A stretch of 64,000 nucleotides of DNA. It comes from an uncultured Eubacteriales bacterium. Lineage in GTDB: Bacteria; Bacillota; Clostridia; Christensenellales; DTU072. Shown one piece after another: positions 19,630 to 30,791 of this stretch; positions within the stretch are counted from its first letter, which is position 1, and the number at the start of each line of letters is the position of its first letter. The DNA is taken from NCBI GenBank assembly GCA_949292905.1, contig CASFAV010000008.1, positions 41,332 to 105,331 on the forward strand. The letters run 5' to 3'. Under the pieces are notes generated by a model. The model had not been told where the DNA came from. It did no database searches and saw only the letters and a program-made list of their open reading frames with translations. A program made the translations under genes and the position numbers.

Positions 19630-20451
19630 GTGTATCCTTACGAAATAGGCGGCTTTATTACATTATACGGTATTCTGGTGGGCGCGGGCGTGCTCGCCTG
19701 CTTCATCGTGTTCTGGTGCCTTGCCAAAAAAGATAAACTCGAAAGCCGTTATACGGATTTCATTACCGTAGACGGCGTCGTGACCGCCGCGGCGGGCTTC
19801 GGCTTCGCCGCGCTTTTCCAGTCGATATACAGTTATATAGAAAATCCGGAAGCCGGCTTCGGCTATAACGGACTCACCTTCTACGGCGGACTCGTCGGCG
19901 GAGCGGCGGTGTTCGTCTTGCTCGCCTTCCTTTTCCGCAAGCGCTATCAGAGCAAAATGATAGATATCGTCAGCAACGTTCCGCTCGGCATCCTTATCGG
20001 ACACGCCTTCGGCAGAGTGGGGTGCTTCATGGCGGGTTGCTGTTACGGCAAACCTACCGACAGCCCCATCGGGGTACGGTTCGTGGATCTCGAAACGGGC
20101 GGACTTACCGAAAAGGTCATTCCCACAAATTTAATAGAAGCGGTATTCCTTTTCATCGTTTTCGGTATCCTTCTCGCCATATATCTGAAAAAAGCACATC
20201 CATATAACCTCCCCCTGTATATGATACTTTACGGCATATTCCGTTTCGTTATCGAGTACTTCCGCGACGACGACAGAGGGGAGTTCGTACCCGGTATGAG
20301 CCCGTCGCAGTTCTGGTCGGTGATACTCGTCATAGGCGGCGCGATACTCATTCCGATACTCAAGAAGCTGTGGGACAAGAGGCAGGCGTATCTCAAAGAA
20401 CATCCGATCGTCGAACCGCAAGAAAAGAAAAAAACGGCGAAACAAAATTAG
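19630..20451 (+). CDS. lgt: Prolipoprotein diacylglyceryl transferase
   Basis: YG, GLTFYGGLVGG, AFGRVGCFMAGCCYG, PTNLIEA, YGIFRFVIEYFRDD; GTG start after GGAGG. Confidence 0.93.
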   Translation: MYPYEIGGFITLYGILVGAGVLACFIVFWCLAKKDKLESRYTDFITVDGVVTAAAGFGFAALFQSIYSYIENPEAGFGYNGLTFYGGLVGGAAVFVLLAFLFRKRYQSKMIDIVSNVPLGILIGHAFGRVGCFMAGCCYGKPTDSPIGVRFVDLETGGLTEKVIPTNLIEAVFLFIVFGILLAIYLKKAHPYNLPLYMILYGIFRFVIEYFRDDDRGEFVPGMSPSQFWSVILVIGGAILIPILKKLWDKRQAYLKEHPIVEPQEKKKTAKQN

Positions 20452-20464
20452 GTTGTTCCGACAG

Positions 20465-20491
20465 ACGCGGCGGTATCCCGCCGCGTTTTTT
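20465..20491 (+). terminator. Terminator after lgt
   Basis: ACGCGGCGG-TATC-CCGCCGCGT hairpin plus T run. Confidence 0.8.
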
Positions 20492-20613
20492 ATGTCCTAC
20501 GGAGGCAAACCTCTTACCGCGCTTTGCGCGGCGGCGCGACTTTTGTCGCGTAAGAGGGGAGCGCGCCGATTTCGCGCCGATTTCCGCAAATCGGCGCGGA
20601 ACGCGACTAACGC

Positions 20614-20642
20614 TTGCGGAACCGTTTACCTTATGCTATAAT
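20614..20642 (+). promoter_or_regulatory. Putative sigma-A promoter of secA
   Basis: TTGCGG-17 bp-TATAAT with extended -10 TG. Confidence 0.6.
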
Positions 20643-20717
20643 GTGTAAGATTATATATTAACCGCGCAACGCGCCCGCACGGGCAATATCCGCGCGCGCG
20701 GCAACAATGAGGCAAAA

Positions 20718-23375
20718 ATGGGTTTAGCAGATTTTCTGTTCAGAAGCGAAAAGAAACGCCAGCTTAAAAAGCTCGAAGTCACGGCGGACAAAATAGAGAA
20801 ACTTTCCGATAAGTACAAGGCGATGAACGACGATGAGCTCTCCGCGCAGACCGCGGCGCTCAGGGCTCGCTACTCCGCGGGCGAGACGCTCGACGAGCTT
20901 CTTCCCGACGCTTTCGCCGTGGTTCGCGAAGCCGGCGAGCGCGTTCTCAACATGCGCCACTTTCACGTGCAGTTGCTGGGCGGCATAGTCCTTCACCAGG
21001 GCAGGATAGCGGAGATGCAGACGGGCGAAGGTAAAACTCTCGTCGCCACTCTTCCCGCATACCTCAACGCGCTTTCCGGTAAAGGCGTGCACATCGTTAC
21101 GGTGAACGATTACCTCGCGAAGCGCGACGCCGAGTGGATGGGCAAGATATACAAGTTCCTCGGCATGACGGTGGGCGTCGTCACGCACGATATGTCGAAC
21201 GAGGAACGGAAAGCCGCTTACGCCGCCGACATAACTTACGCCACGAATAACGAGATAGGTTTCGATTATCTTCGCGACAATATGGTCACGGAGCGCGAGA
21301 AAGCCGTTCAGCGCGGACACGAGTTCGCGATAGTGGACGAGGTGGACAGCATCCTCATCGACGAAGCGCGCACGCCGCTCATCATTTCCGCCATGGCGGG
21401 CGAGTCGGGAGAGCTTTACGTGCAGACCGACCGTTTCGTCAAGAGCCTCGACGGCGAAGAGGACGTCGTCATGGACGAGAAGGACAACCACGTCTTCCTC
21501 AGCGAACAGGGAGTGGAGAAGGCGGAGAGGTATTTTCGCATCGACAACCTCGGAGACGCCGAGAACGCGGAGCTTTCGATGCGTATCAATTCTGCGCTTC
21601 GCGCAAATTACCTCATGCACCTCAATAAAGACTACATCGTCGAGAACGGCGAAATAATCATAGTCGACGAATTCACGGGGCGCAAGATGAGCGGCAGACG
21701 CTATTCCGACGGGCTCCATCAGGCGATAGAGGCGAAGGAGCAGGTCGCCATCAAGAAAGAGAACAAGACGATAGCGACGATAACCTTCCAGAATTTCTTC
21801 AGGCTTTACAAGAAGCTTTCGGGCATGACCGGAACGGCGATGACGGAGGAAGCGGAATTCAGAGGGATATACGAGCTCGACGTCGTGCCGATACCTCCGA
21901 ACCTCAAAGTCGTCCGCGTGGACGAAGCGGACAAGATCTTCCGCACCAAAGCGGAGAAATACGCGGCGGTCATCGAGGACGTGCGCGGAGCGCACGAAAA
22001 GGGACAACCGGTACTCGTGGGCACCACGAACGTGGCGGCGAGCGAGGAGCTTTCGGATCTTCTCCGCAGGGAGCGCATACCGCACAACGTACTGAACGCC
22101 AAGCACCACACCGAGGAAGCGGCGATAATCGCTCAGGCGGGCAGAGAGGGCGCCGTCACGATAGCCACCAACATGGCGGGGCGCGGAACGGACATACTGC
22201 TCGGCGGCAACCCCGAATTCATGGCGAAGCAGAAGATGGAGAAAGAGGGTTTCGCGCCCGAGCTCATAGAAACGGCTTCCGCGTTCAACGCGGTGAGCGG
22301 CGAGGAAGAAGCGGGCGCGAGAGCGCGTTATAACGAACTCATCGCCGAATTCAAGAAGGAAACGGACGCCGAGAAAGAGAAGGTGCGCGAGCTGGGCGGT
22401 TTAAGGGTGATAGGTACCGAAAGGCACGAAGCCCGTCGTATCGACAACCAGTTACGAGGAAGAAGCGGACGTCAGGGCGATCCGGGCTCGTCGTGCTTCT
22501 ATCTTTCGTTCGAGGACGATCTGTTGCGCATTTTCGGCGGCGACAGACTGAAAGGGCTCATGGGCGAAGGGCAGATGTTGCAGGTTTCGATACTTTCGAG
22601 GCAGATAGAGGTGGCGCAGCGCAGATGCGAGGAAAACAACTACGCGATACGTAAGCACGTACTTAATTACGACGACGTCATGAACAAACAGCGTCAGCTC
22701 ATCTACGCCGAGCGCAACGCGGTGCTCGACGGGAAAGACGTGCACGAACAGATCCTGAAGTATTTCGAACCTCTTGCGTTGAGCATAGTGGGAACGTTCG
22801 TCAATTACGACGAATCGGAAGAAGAAGTGGATATCGCCTCCTTCAATTCGGCGCTCGAGCTCAAATTGCTCGAGAAAGGCACCGAACTCATCACGCCCGA
22901 GCTTCTTACCGAGCTCAGCGAGGAGAAAATAGAGGAGCTCGTACTCGAAACGACGATAAAGCAGTACGAAGCGAAGATCAAGAAAGCGGTCGAGAACCAT
23001 ATCGATTTCAAGCGTACCGAGAGGAACGTCCTGCTCAACCAGGTTGACAAGCAGTGGATGAACCACATATCGAATATGGACGCGCTCCGCAAGGGGATAG
23101 GGCTTCGCGGCTACGGGCAGAAGGATCCCGTCATGGAGTACAGGCGCGAAGGCTTCGAGATGTTCGACGCGATGATAGAGACGATACAGGACAATACGGC
23201 GATGATCCTCGCCAAGCTCGACATAGACGCGGCGATAGAGAGGATAAATCTTTTCACGCGCGAGCAAAAGCGCCGCGTGACCGTGGTGAATACGGAGAAG
23301 AGGAAGCAGCCGGGGCGCAACGATCCCTGCCCCTGCGGAAGCGGCAAGAAATATAAGAACTGTTGCGGGAGATAG
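20718..23375 (+). CDS. secA: Preprotein translocase ATPase SecA
   Basis: EMQTGEGKT, DEVDSILIDEARTPLIIS, TNMAGRGTDI, RIDNQLRGRSGRQGD, SEC-C motif GRNDPCPCGSGKKYKNCC. Confidence 0.99.
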   Translation: MGLADFLFRSEKKRQLKKLEVTADKIEKLSDKYKAMNDDELSAQTAALRARYSAGETLDELLPDAFAVVREAGERVLNMRHFHVQLLGGIVLHQGRIAEMQTGEGKTLVATLPAYLNALSGKGVHIVTVNDYLAKRDAEWMGKIYKFLGMTVGVVTHDMSNEERKAAYAADITYATNNEIGFDYLRDNMVTEREKAVQRGHEFAIVDEVDSILIDEARTPLIISAMAGESGELYVQTDRFVKSLDGEEDVVMDEKDNHVFLSEQGVEKAERYFRIDNLGDAENAELSMRINSALRANYLMHLNKDYIVENGEIIIVDEFTGRKMSGRRYSDGLHQAIEAKEQVAIKKENKTIATITFQNFFRLYKKLSGMTGTAMTEEAEFRGIYELDVVPIPPNLKVVRVDEADKIFRTKAEKYAAVIEDVRGAHEKGQPVLVGTTNVAASEELSDLLRRERIPHNVLNAKHHTEEAAIIAQAGREGAVTIATNMAGRGTDILLGGNPEFMAKQKMEKEGFAPELIETASAFNAVSGEEEAGARARYNELIAEFKKETDAEKEKVRELGGLRVIGTERHEARRIDNQLRGRSGRQGDPGSSCFYLSFEDDLLRIFGGDRLKGLMGEGQMLQVSILSRQIEVAQRRCEENNYAIRKHVLNYDDVMNKQRQLIYAERNAVLDGKDVHEQILKYFEPLALSIVGTFVNYDESEEEVDIASFNSALELKLLEKGTELITPELLTELSEEKIEELVLETTIKQYEAKIKKAVENHIDFKRTERNVLLNQVDKQWMNHISNMDALRKGIGLRGYGQKDPVMEYRREGFEMFDAMIETIQDNTAMILAKLDIDAAIERINLFTREQKRRVTVVNTEKRKQPGRNDPCPCGSGKKYKNCCGR

Positions 23376-23381
23376 GAGAGT

Positions 23382-24482
23382 ATGGATTTTTACGCGGAGA
23401 AAATAAAGCTCGGCGAACTTAAGGATTCCGTCGAGAGATCGGCTGCGGCGCTCGACACGGAGAAGCTCGCAAAGGAGCTTACCGAACTGCGCGCCGAGCA
23501 GGAGAAAGAGGGCTTCTGGCTCGACCTCAACAAAGCCAAATCCGTCAACATGCGCATAGCGGAGAACGAGCGCAAGCTGGGCGAAGTGAGCGCGCTACGC
23601 AAAAAAGCGGAGAACATAGCCGAACTCATGGAGATGGCGGAGGAGATGGAAGAAGAGGGCGCGGCGGCGGAGATAACGGCTCTGCTCGAAGAACTCTCGA
23701 AGGAAGCGGAAGCGCTGTTCCTCGACACTCTGCTCAACGGTAAGTACGACGGACTCAACGCGATACTTACCTTACACGCGGGCGCGGGCGGCACCGAAGC
23801 GCAGGACTGGGCGGAGATGCTGTACCGTATGTACCGCCGATACGCCGAGCGCAAGGGCTACGCCGTAAGCGTGCAGGACTATCAGGCAGGCGACGAGGCG
23901 GGCATCAAGAGCGTAACGTTCACGCTTTCCGGAACCAACGCATACGGGTTCCTGAAAGCCGAAAAAGGGGTGCACAGACTCGTAAGAATAAGTCCTTTCG
24001 ACGCCAACAAGAGAAGGCACACGAGCTTCGCTTCTCTGGAAGTCATGCCGGAGATAATAGACGACGGCGAGATCAAGATAAATCCCGAGGATCTTAAAAT
24101 AGATACCTGCCGTTCGTCGGGAGCGGGCGGGCAGCACGTCAACAAGACGGAGTCCGCGGTACGCATAACGCACATACCTACGGGAATAGTCACCTGGTGT
24201 CAGAACGAGCGCAGTCAGGTGCAGAACAAGGAGACGGCGATGCGCATGCTGTACAGCAAGCTCGTCGAGCTCAAAGAGCGCGAGCAGATGGAAGAGGCGA
24301 TGAGCCTGAAGGGCGAGATCAAGAAGATAGAATGGGGCTCGCAGATAAGGAGCTACGTTTTCTGTCCCTACACGCTCGTCAAGGATCACCGCACGGGGTA
24401 CGAGAATACCGACGTGAACGCGGTGATGGACGGCGACATAGAGGGGTTCATATACGACTATCTCATCAAGGCGAACGGTTGA
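23382..24482 (+). CDS. prfB: Peptide chain release factor 2 (continuous ORF)
   Basis: SPF recognition motif (RISPFD), [17 protein letters not shown]; follows secA. Confidence 0.97.
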   Translation: MDFYAEKIKLGELKDSVERSAAALDTEKLAKELTELRAEQEKEGFWLDLNKAKSVNMRIAENERKLGEVSALRKKAENIAELMEMAEEMEEEGAAAEITALLEELSKEAEALFLDTLLNGKYDGLNAILTLHAGAGGTEAQDWAEMLYRMYRRYAERKGYAVSVQDYQAGDEAGIKSVTFTLSGTNAYGFLKAEKGVHRLVRISPFDANKRRHTSFASLEVMPEIIDDGEIKINPEDLKIDTCRSSGAGGQHVNKTESAVRITHIPTGIVTWCQNERSQVQNKETAMRMLYSKLVELKEREQMEEAMSLKGEIKKIEWGSQIRSYVFCPYTLVKDHRTGYENTDVNAVMDGDIEGFIYDYLIKANG

Positions 24483-24540
24483 CGTTCACACCGGTGGAAG
24501 CATAAAAATCATTCGGTAAACCGATACGGAGGAAGCAAAA

Positions 24541-25824
24541 ATGTTGGATATCAATCTAATCAGAAGCGACAGCGCGAAGGTGAGCGCGGCGCTCGCGAAG
24601 AAAGGCTGCGCGGTAGATTTCGCGGAGATGCTCGGTTGGGACGCCGAGAGGAAGGCGGCGAAGCAGTCCGTCGAGGAGCTGAAAGCGAAGCGCAATAAGG
24701 TGAGCGCGGAGATACCCAAGCTCAAGAAAGCGGGCGAACCCGTCGAAAAGATATTCGAGGAGATGCGCGCTTTGGGCGACGAGATAGCCGTAAAGGACGC
24801 GAGAATAGCGGAGCTCGAAGGGAAGATCAACGACTTCCTTCTGGGACTTCCCAATATGCCCGACGACGATCTTCTCGCGGGCGAGAAGGAGAACAACCAA
24901 GTGATCAAGGTGGTCGGCAAGCCCACCGAATTCGGTTTCAAGCCGAAGAATCACGTCGATCTTTGCGTCGATCTCGGGCTCATCGACTACGAGCGCGGCG
25001 TCAAGCTTTCGGGCGGCGGCTTCTGGCTTTACCGCGGCATGGGCGCGCGGCTCGAGTGGGCGCTTCTCAACTATTTCATAGACGAACACCTCAAGGACGG
25101 TTACGAGTTCATACTTCCTCCTCACCAGCTCGGTTACAACTGCGGACTGGGCGCGGGGCAGTTCCCCAAGTTCGCCGACGAGGTGTACTGGCTCGAAGGG
25201 GAGGCGGACAGGAAGAAGAACCGCTTCATGCTTCCCACCGCGGAAACGGCGCTCGTCAATATTTACGCGGGCGAGATAATGGACGAGAGCATGCTCCCGC
25301 TCAAACTTTTCGCATACACTCCCTGCTACCGCAAAGAGGCGGGAAGCTACAGGAGCGAGGAACGCGGCATGATACGCGGACACCAGTTCAACAAAGTGGA
25401 AATGGTGCAGTACGCCAAGCCCTCCGAATCGGGCAAAGCGTTCGAGGAGCTCGTTGCGAAGGCGGCGAGGCTCGTGGAAGGACTGGGACTGCATTTCAGA
25501 GTGAGCAAGCTTGCGGCGGGCGACTGCAGCGCGTCGATGGCGAGGACTTACGATATAGAGGTATGGATACCGAGCATGGGTATATACAAGGAAGTGAGCT
25601 CCGTATCCAACGCCAACGACTATCAGGCGCGCCGTAACAATACCCGTTACCGCGACTCCGCTACCGGCAAGACCGCGTTCGTGCACACGCTGAACGGTTC
25701 GGGACTCGCCACGAGCAGGGTGATACCCGCAATAGTGGAGCAATTCCAGAACGCCGACGGCAGCGTCACCGTGCCCGAAGTGCTCAGGAAATACCTCGGC
25801 GGCATAGAGAAGATCTCGAAATAA
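24541..25824 (+). CDS. serS: Serine--tRNA ligase
   Basis: MLDINLIR, LPTAE, CYRKEAG, RGHQFNKVE, EVSSVSN, HTLNGSGLA. Confidence 0.99.
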   Translation: MLDINLIRSDSAKVSAALAKKGCAVDFAEMLGWDAERKAAKQSVEELKAKRNKVSAEIPKLKKAGEPVEKIFEEMRALGDEIAVKDARIAELEGKINDFLLGLPNMPDDDLLAGEKENNQVIKVVGKPTEFGFKPKNHVDLCVDLGLIDYERGVKLSGGGFWLYRGMGARLEWALLNYFIDEHLKDGYEFILPPHQLGYNCGLGAGQFPKFADEVYWLEGEADRKKNRFMLPTAETALVNIYAGEIMDESMLPLKLFAYTPCYRKEAGSYRSEERGMIRGHQFNKVEMVQYAKPSESGKAFEELVAKAARLVEGLGLHFRVSKLAAGDCSASMARTYDIEVWIPSMGIYKEVSSVSNANDYQARRNNTRYRDSATGKTAFVHTLNGSGLATSRVIPAIVEQFQNADGSVTVPEVLRKYLGGIEKISK

Positions 25825-25825
25825 G

Positions 25826-26617
25826 ATGGTCAACGCGAAGGGGTGCGCCGCAGGGCTCCTGTTGGGGTCGGTACTGCGGGCGATAGTAGCGGTATTGTCA
25901 GGTATCGCCAAAGCGATCGGCGCCGTCCTGTGGTATACGGGACTGTGGGTGCCCGCTTTGTACGCGCTGTTCGGCGGCGTGCTCTATCTCGTTTGGAAAT
26001 TCAATCCTTTCTCCGGCGGATTGTACGAAACGCTGTACCTCGTGGGCTTCGCGCTGTGCGTGGTAATATTCCTGATAATCCTTTTACGCAATGCCGTCGT
26101 GAGACCTTTCAAAAGCATAGCCGAAGGCTTCCGCAATCCTATCTGGAAAAAGCAGGACGACGAGGCGAAGAAGAAAGAAAAAGAGTGCGAGGAGATCCCC
26201 GAATGGGAGAAAAAGCGTGAGGAAAAGCGCAGGCGCAAGGCGATAGAACGCGGAAGGAGGATCACCGAGGAGCGCGCCCGTAAGGAAGCGGACAGAGAGC
26301 GCGCGGAGGACTCCGAGGACGACGAGCCGGTGCGCGCGAGACGCCGCGATTACGACGAAATCGCCTCGACGGGCAACCTCGACGACATATACGGGTACCG
26401 AAAGACGAATTCTTCGAGAGAAAGCGAGTACGATCCTTTCTACGACGACCTTTACGGGTACGGGAAAGCGGGCGCCGCGGAGGAGCCTAAAATATACTTG
26501 TCCGCAGTGGAAGCGGACACGCTCATACACGAATATTCCGACCGTTTCGAGGTGTACGACCTCGACGGCGGGAAAAAGACTCTGAGAAGCATAGAGTACA
26601 AAGACGGACGGAGATGA
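25826..26617 (+). CDS. Hypothetical membrane protein (N-terminal TMs, charged C-terminus)
   Basis: Coupled between serS and the next ORF; hydrophobic N-terminal third; host-like codon style. Confidence 0.75.
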   Translation: MVNAKGCAAGLLLGSVLRAIVAVLSGIAKAIGAVLWYTGLWVPALYALFGGVLYLVWKFNPFSGGLYETLYLVGFALCVVIFLIILLRNAVVRPFKSIAEGFRNPIWKKQDDEAKKKEKECEEIPEWEKKREEKRRRKAIERGRRITEERARKEADRERAEDSEDDEPVRARRRDYDEIASTGNLDDIYGYRKTNSSRESEYDPFYDDLYGYGKAGAAEEPKIYLSAVEADTLIHEYSDRFEVYDLDGGKKTLRSIEYKDGRR

Positions 26618-27498
26618 CGACTGCTGCGGTTAAAGAAAAAAAGAGCGGAAAGGTACGCGCCTGGGAGCTCGACGCGCTCCGCGGGCTCGCCATCCTGCTC
26701 GTCGTATGGGATCACACGATGTACGCTATCGGGTACATCTTCTATTCCGGCGGCTGGGAATATTCCGCAAGCGAAGCGTTGATAAAGTTAGGCGAGTTCG
26801 CGCTCGATTACTGGGGCTCGGACTGGCGGCTTTTCGGCTGGCCGGTATTCGTATTCATTTTCTTTTTCGTATCGGGCACCTGCACCGCGTTCAGCAGGAA
26901 CAACTTTTGGAGAGGTTTAAGGCTCGCGCTCGTAGCGCTCGCCGTTTCGGGGGTAACGTACCTTCTTCAGGAATGGCTGGACATGGGCAACGTCTATATA
27001 CAATTCGGCGTCTTGCATTGCCTTGCCCTCTGCATACTCCTTTTCGCGGTGCTCGAAGCCTTCCTGAAGCTCACCGCTTCGCGCAGTAAATATTATAGGT
27101 TTATCAAGGCGGGCGTTTACGCCGCCTGCGCCGTGGCGCTCCTCATCGTCAACTATACCTGCAACGTCACCCTGCACGAGGTCAACACTTCCTATACCAC
27201 CGTGCCGGATACGACGCCTATCACGGGTATGTTCTTCTATACCGACGGCTGGTGGACGGCGGACTACTTCCCGCTGCTTCCGTTCTTCGGCTTCTTTATG
27301 ACAGGCGCGGCGATCGCGCCGATACTCTATAACGAGAAGAAGTCCCTTCTTCCCGGGCTCGACGGGAAGTGGAACAGGTTCCTCACAGTTCCGGGCAGGT
27401 ATTCCATATATATATATCTTTTGATACAGGTGGTCGCCGTGAGCGTGCTGTGGGTGGTGACCTACGCCGTGACCGGCGAGATCTATTTTTTCGGATAA
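26614..27498 (+). CDS. DUF1624 / heparan-alpha-glucosaminide N-acetyltransferase-domain membrane protein
   Basis: RAWELDALRGLAI, FGVLHCL, DYFPLLP, GRYSIYIYL. Confidence 0.85.
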   Translation: MTTAAVKEKKSGKVRAWELDALRGLAILLVVWDHTMYAIGYIFYSGGWEYSASEALIKLGEFALDYWGSDWRLFGWPVFVFIFFFVSGTCTAFSRNNFWRGLRLALVALAVSGVTYLLQEWLDMGNVYIQFGVLHCLALCILLFAVLEAFLKLTASRSKYYRFIKAGVYAACAVALLIVNYTCNVTLHEVNTSYTTVPDTTPITGMFFYTDGWWTADYFPLLPFFGFFMTGAAIAPILYNEKKSLLPGLDGKWNRFLTVPGRYSIYIYLLIQVVAVSVLWVVTYAVTGEIYFFG

Positions 27499-27502
27499 GC
27501 CG

Positions 27503-28348
27503 ATGAAATGTTATCTTTGTCCCAATATGTGCGGCGTCGATCGCGCCGTCGAAAGAGGCAAATGCCTCGCGGGCGAAAAAGCCGTAGTCAACAGGGCGGC
27601 GCTCCACTTCTACGAGGAGCCGCCGATAAGCGGCACGCGCGGATCGGGGACGGTATTCTTCGGCGGCTGCGTGATGAGGTGCGAGTTCTGTCAGAATCAC
27701 GAGATAAGCCGCGCGCCCGAAGGGAAGGAATATACGCCGGAGGAGCTTGCGGCGCTGTATCGCAGGCTGGAGAGGGAAGGGGCGCACAACATAAACCTCG
27801 TCACGCCCACTCAGTGGAGCCGCGAGATAAGGGCGTCTTTCGACGTCTACCGTCCCGCCGTGCCCGTGGTGTACAATACGTCGGGATACGAGCGGAAGGA
27901 GATAATACGCGAGATGTCCGACTACGCGGACGTCTTTCTTCCCGATTTCAAATACTCCGACGAAGCGCTCGGAAGGAAGCTTTCATTACGCGCGGACTAT
28001 CCGCGAATAGCTCTCGACGCCATAGAAGAGATGCTGAAGGCAAAACCCGCGCTTTACGAGGACGGACTCATCAAGAGGGGCGTGATAATAAGGCATCTCG
28101 TATTGCCGGGCTTCGTACAAAACAGTATCGCGGCGCTCGACATGCTCGCGGAGCGCTTCGGGAAGGATATAACGGTGAGCTTAATGTCGCAGTTCACGCC
28201 CGTTACCGGCAAGACGATAACGCGCAAGCTTAAACCCATCGAATACAAAGCTGTCGTCGCGCACGCAGGGAAGCTCGGCATAGAGGACGTATATATCCAG
28301 ACCGCCGATTCCGCGTCCGAGGAATTCATACCGAAGTGGGAAAAATAA
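27503..28348 (+). CDS. Radical SAM protein, PflX-like
   Basis: CYLCPNMCGVDR, EEPPISG, CVMRCEFCQN, GAHNINLVTPT, IIRHLVLPG. Confidence 0.92.
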   Translation: MKCYLCPNMCGVDRAVERGKCLAGEKAVVNRAALHFYEEPPISGTRGSGTVFFGGCVMRCEFCQNHEISRAPEGKEYTPEELAALYRRLEREGAHNINLVTPTQWSREIRASFDVYRPAVPVVYNTSGYERKEIIREMSDYADVFLPDFKYSDEALGRKLSLRADYPRIALDAIEEMLKAKPALYEDGLIKRGVIIRHLVLPGFVQNSIAALDMLAERFGKDITVSLMSQFTPVTGKTITRKLKPIEYKAVVAHAGKLGIEDVYIQTADSASEEFIPKWEK

Positions 28349-28401
28349 AAAAGCGTGTCCGACGAGGAGAAAATTCCTTAAACGGGCGAGGGGAGCGGCG
28401 T

Positions 28402-28431
28402 AAAAAAAAGGAGCGGAACGCTCCTTCTTTT
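28402..28431 (-). terminator. Terminator after ftsH
   Basis: AAGGAGCG-GAA-CGCTCCTT hairpin preceded by an A8 run on +, i.e. a U tail on the minus strand. Confidence 0.75.
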
Positions 28432-28462
28432 ATTGAAATACGTGCGGATCGGTAAGAGGGCG

Positions 28463-30646
28463 TTATTCGTCCTTCTTATCCTCTTTGTCGTCCGCTTCGC
28501 CGTCCCGCTCGTCGCTCGCGGGCTTGTCGCTTTCGTTGGCGGTATCGCTTTCCGCGGGCGTTTCGGCGACTTCCTCTTTCGCTTCCGCGGGCGTTGCGGG
28601 CGCTTCGGCGCCGTCCGCCTTTTCCGTCTCTTCCTTTTTCGCGGTCGCCGGTTCTTTCACGATTATGTCGGAGGAATTCCCGAGTACGGGAGCCGGACGC
28701 AGCGCTTCTTCGCGCGCCTTCGCTTCCTCTGCGAGCTTGGCTTTCTTTTCGTTGATGTACGCCGTCACTTCCGCGGGCGTTTTTCCTTCGATGAGCATAT
28801 CCACTTCGTCGCCGTAGATCGTTTCGTGTTCGTACAAGAGTTCCACCATCGCGTGGAGCACGGCGGTATTCTCGCTCAATATCTTATAAGCGCGGTCGTA
28901 GGCGGTATCCACTATCTTGCGGATCTCCGAGTCGATGAGCGCCGCTATCTCGTCCGAATAGCTCGCCTGAGTCTGGTAATCCCTTCCGATGAATACTTCC
29001 TGCTCGCCGCCGTAATAGACGTTAGAGAGGGCGGGGGACATACCCCATTCGGTGACCATGCTGCGCGCTATCGAAGTGGCTTGCTTGATGTCCATCGAGG
29101 CTCCCGTCGTGATATCCTTGATGATGAGCGCCTCGGCGGCTCTGCCGCCCATCGTCATCGCTATCGTGTCCACGAGGTGCGAATAGGTGGTGTGCGAGTC
29201 GTCCGTCTTCGGTCTGCTTATCGTGTAGCCCGCCGCCATTCCTCTCGGAATGATGCTCACTTCCTGTACGGCGTCGCAGTTCTTGAGGAGCCTTCCCACG
29301 AGCGCGTGTCCCGCTTCGTGATAGGCGGTGATGCGCTTATCCTTCTCGGTTATCACGCGCGAACGTTTCTGCGGTCCCGCTATGACCTTGTTGATGCCTT
29401 CGAGGATATCCTTCATCTGTATTATCTTGCGGTCGTCGCGCGCGGCGATGATCGCGGCTTCGTTGAGCAGGTTCTCTATGTCCGCGCCGCTGAAGCCCGT
29501 CGTGAGCCTCGCCAGATTGCGGAAATCCACTTCGGGGGAAACGGGTTTGTTGCGCGCGTGAACGCGGAATATTGCCTCTCTTCCTTTGACGTCGGGGAGA
29601 TTGACGTAGATCTGACGGTCGAATCTGCCCGGACGGAGCAGGGCGGGATCGAGTACGTCGGCGCGGTTGGTAGCCGCCATTATGACGATGCTTTCGTTTT
29701 CTTCGAAGCCGTCCATCTGCACGAGCAGCTGGTTGAGGGTCTGTTCGCGTTCGTCGTTGCCGCCGCCGAGGCCGGCGCCTCTCTTACGTCCCACGGCGTC
29801 TATTTCGTCGATGAACACTATACAGGGCTGAGTCTTTTTCGCCTGCGCGAAAAGGTCGCGCACGCGGCTCGCGCCCACGCCCACGAACATTTCGACGAAG
29901 TCGGAGCCGGATATCGAATAGAAGGGCACTCCCGCTTCGCCGGCGACGGCTTTGGCAAAGAGCGTTTTGCCCGTTCCGGGAGGGCCTACGAGCAGCACGC
30001 CTTTAGGTACGCGCGCGCCCACTTCGCGGAATTTCTTGGGGGATTTGAGGAATTCGACGATCTCCTTGAGCTCCAGCTTTTCTTCTTCGGCGCCCGCCAC
30101 GTCCGAGAAACGCACCTTTACGTTCTCGCTGAGCTTGGATTTCGTTTTGCCGAAGTTCATCGCGCCGCCCATGCCGCCGCCCTGCTTGCGCAGAGTCACT
30201 ATCATGTATATCGCGAGACCCGCGAGCAGAAGAAGCGAAAGAACGGGGAAAATGTAACTGCGGAAGCTGTTGGCGTTGGGATCGTTGAGCCAGATGTAAG
30301 GCAACGTAAAATCCGCGTTATCCTGATTCTGATAATTCTCTATCGTTTCGGTGAAATCGTCGCGGTATTTGACCACGCAACTCGCGTTGGCGAATTTACC
30401 CGATTTGAAATTCTCGATGTTTTTCTCGTCCGTTTCGGAGGCGTACAGCACGTTGACGGTGTAACTGCCCGTAAAATATATCCCCGCCACCTTGCCTTCT
30501 TGTATTTCGGTGACCAGGCGGTCGTACGAGATGACCTCCACTTTGTTGCCGCTGAGGTTGGTGATAAGCAACGCGAGCAATATCACGAGAAGTATCCCCG
30601 CCGCAAGTATTAAAAAGGTTCTTCTATTGTTAGGTTTATAATCCAT
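28463..30646 (-). CDS. ftsH: ATP-dependent zinc metalloprotease FtsH
   Basis: Two TMs, [40 protein letters not shown]; acidic low-complexity tail. Confidence 0.99.
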   Translation of the reverse strand: MDYKPNNRRTFLILAAGILLVILLALLITNLSGNKVEVISYDRLVTEIQEGKVAGIYFTGSYTVNVLYASETDEKNIENFKSGKFANASCVVKYRDDFTETIENYQNQDNADFTLPYIWLNDPNANSFRSYIFPVLSLLLLAGLAIYMIVTLRKQGGGMGGAMNFGKTKSKLSENVKVRFSDVAGAEEEKLELKEIVEFLKSPKKFREVGARVPKGVLLVGPPGTGKTLFAKAVAGEAGVPFYSISGSDFVEMFVGVGASRVRDLFAQAKKTQPCIVFIDEIDAVGRKRGAGLGGGNDEREQTLNQLLVQMDGFEENESIVIMAATNRADVLDPALLRPGRFDRQIYVNLPDVKGREAIFRVHARNKPVSPEVDFRNLARLTTGFSGADIENLLNEAAIIAARDDRKIIQMKDILEGINKVIAGPQKRSRVITEKDKRITAYHEAGHALVGRLLKNCDAVQEVSIIPRGMAAGYTISRPKTDDSHTTYSHLVDTIAMTMGGRAAEALIIKDITTGASMDIKQATSIARSMVTEWGMSPALSNVYYGGEQEVFIGRDYQTQASYSDEIAALIDSEIRKIVDTAYDRAYKILSENTAVLHAMVELLYEHETIYGDEVDMLIEGKTPAEVTAYINEKKAKLAEEAKAREEALRPAPVLGNSSDIIVKEPATAKKEETEKADGAEAPATPAEAKEEVAETPAESDTANESDKPASDERDGEADDKEDKKDE

Positions 30647-30791
30647 TTGACCTCACGATCGGTCCGGAGAAGCAGGACGCCTTTCCGCCGGATCATTATT
30701 ACGATAATATAGCATTATAACATAACGTTCTCGGAATATCAACGATAAATGTACCCGATAAAGTGATATATGTTGTAATAAGGAGTGAAGG

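Noticed and set aside
24483-24540. T-box leader upstream of serS
   Set aside because: The gap is only 58 bp, with no complete T-box sequence or terminator.
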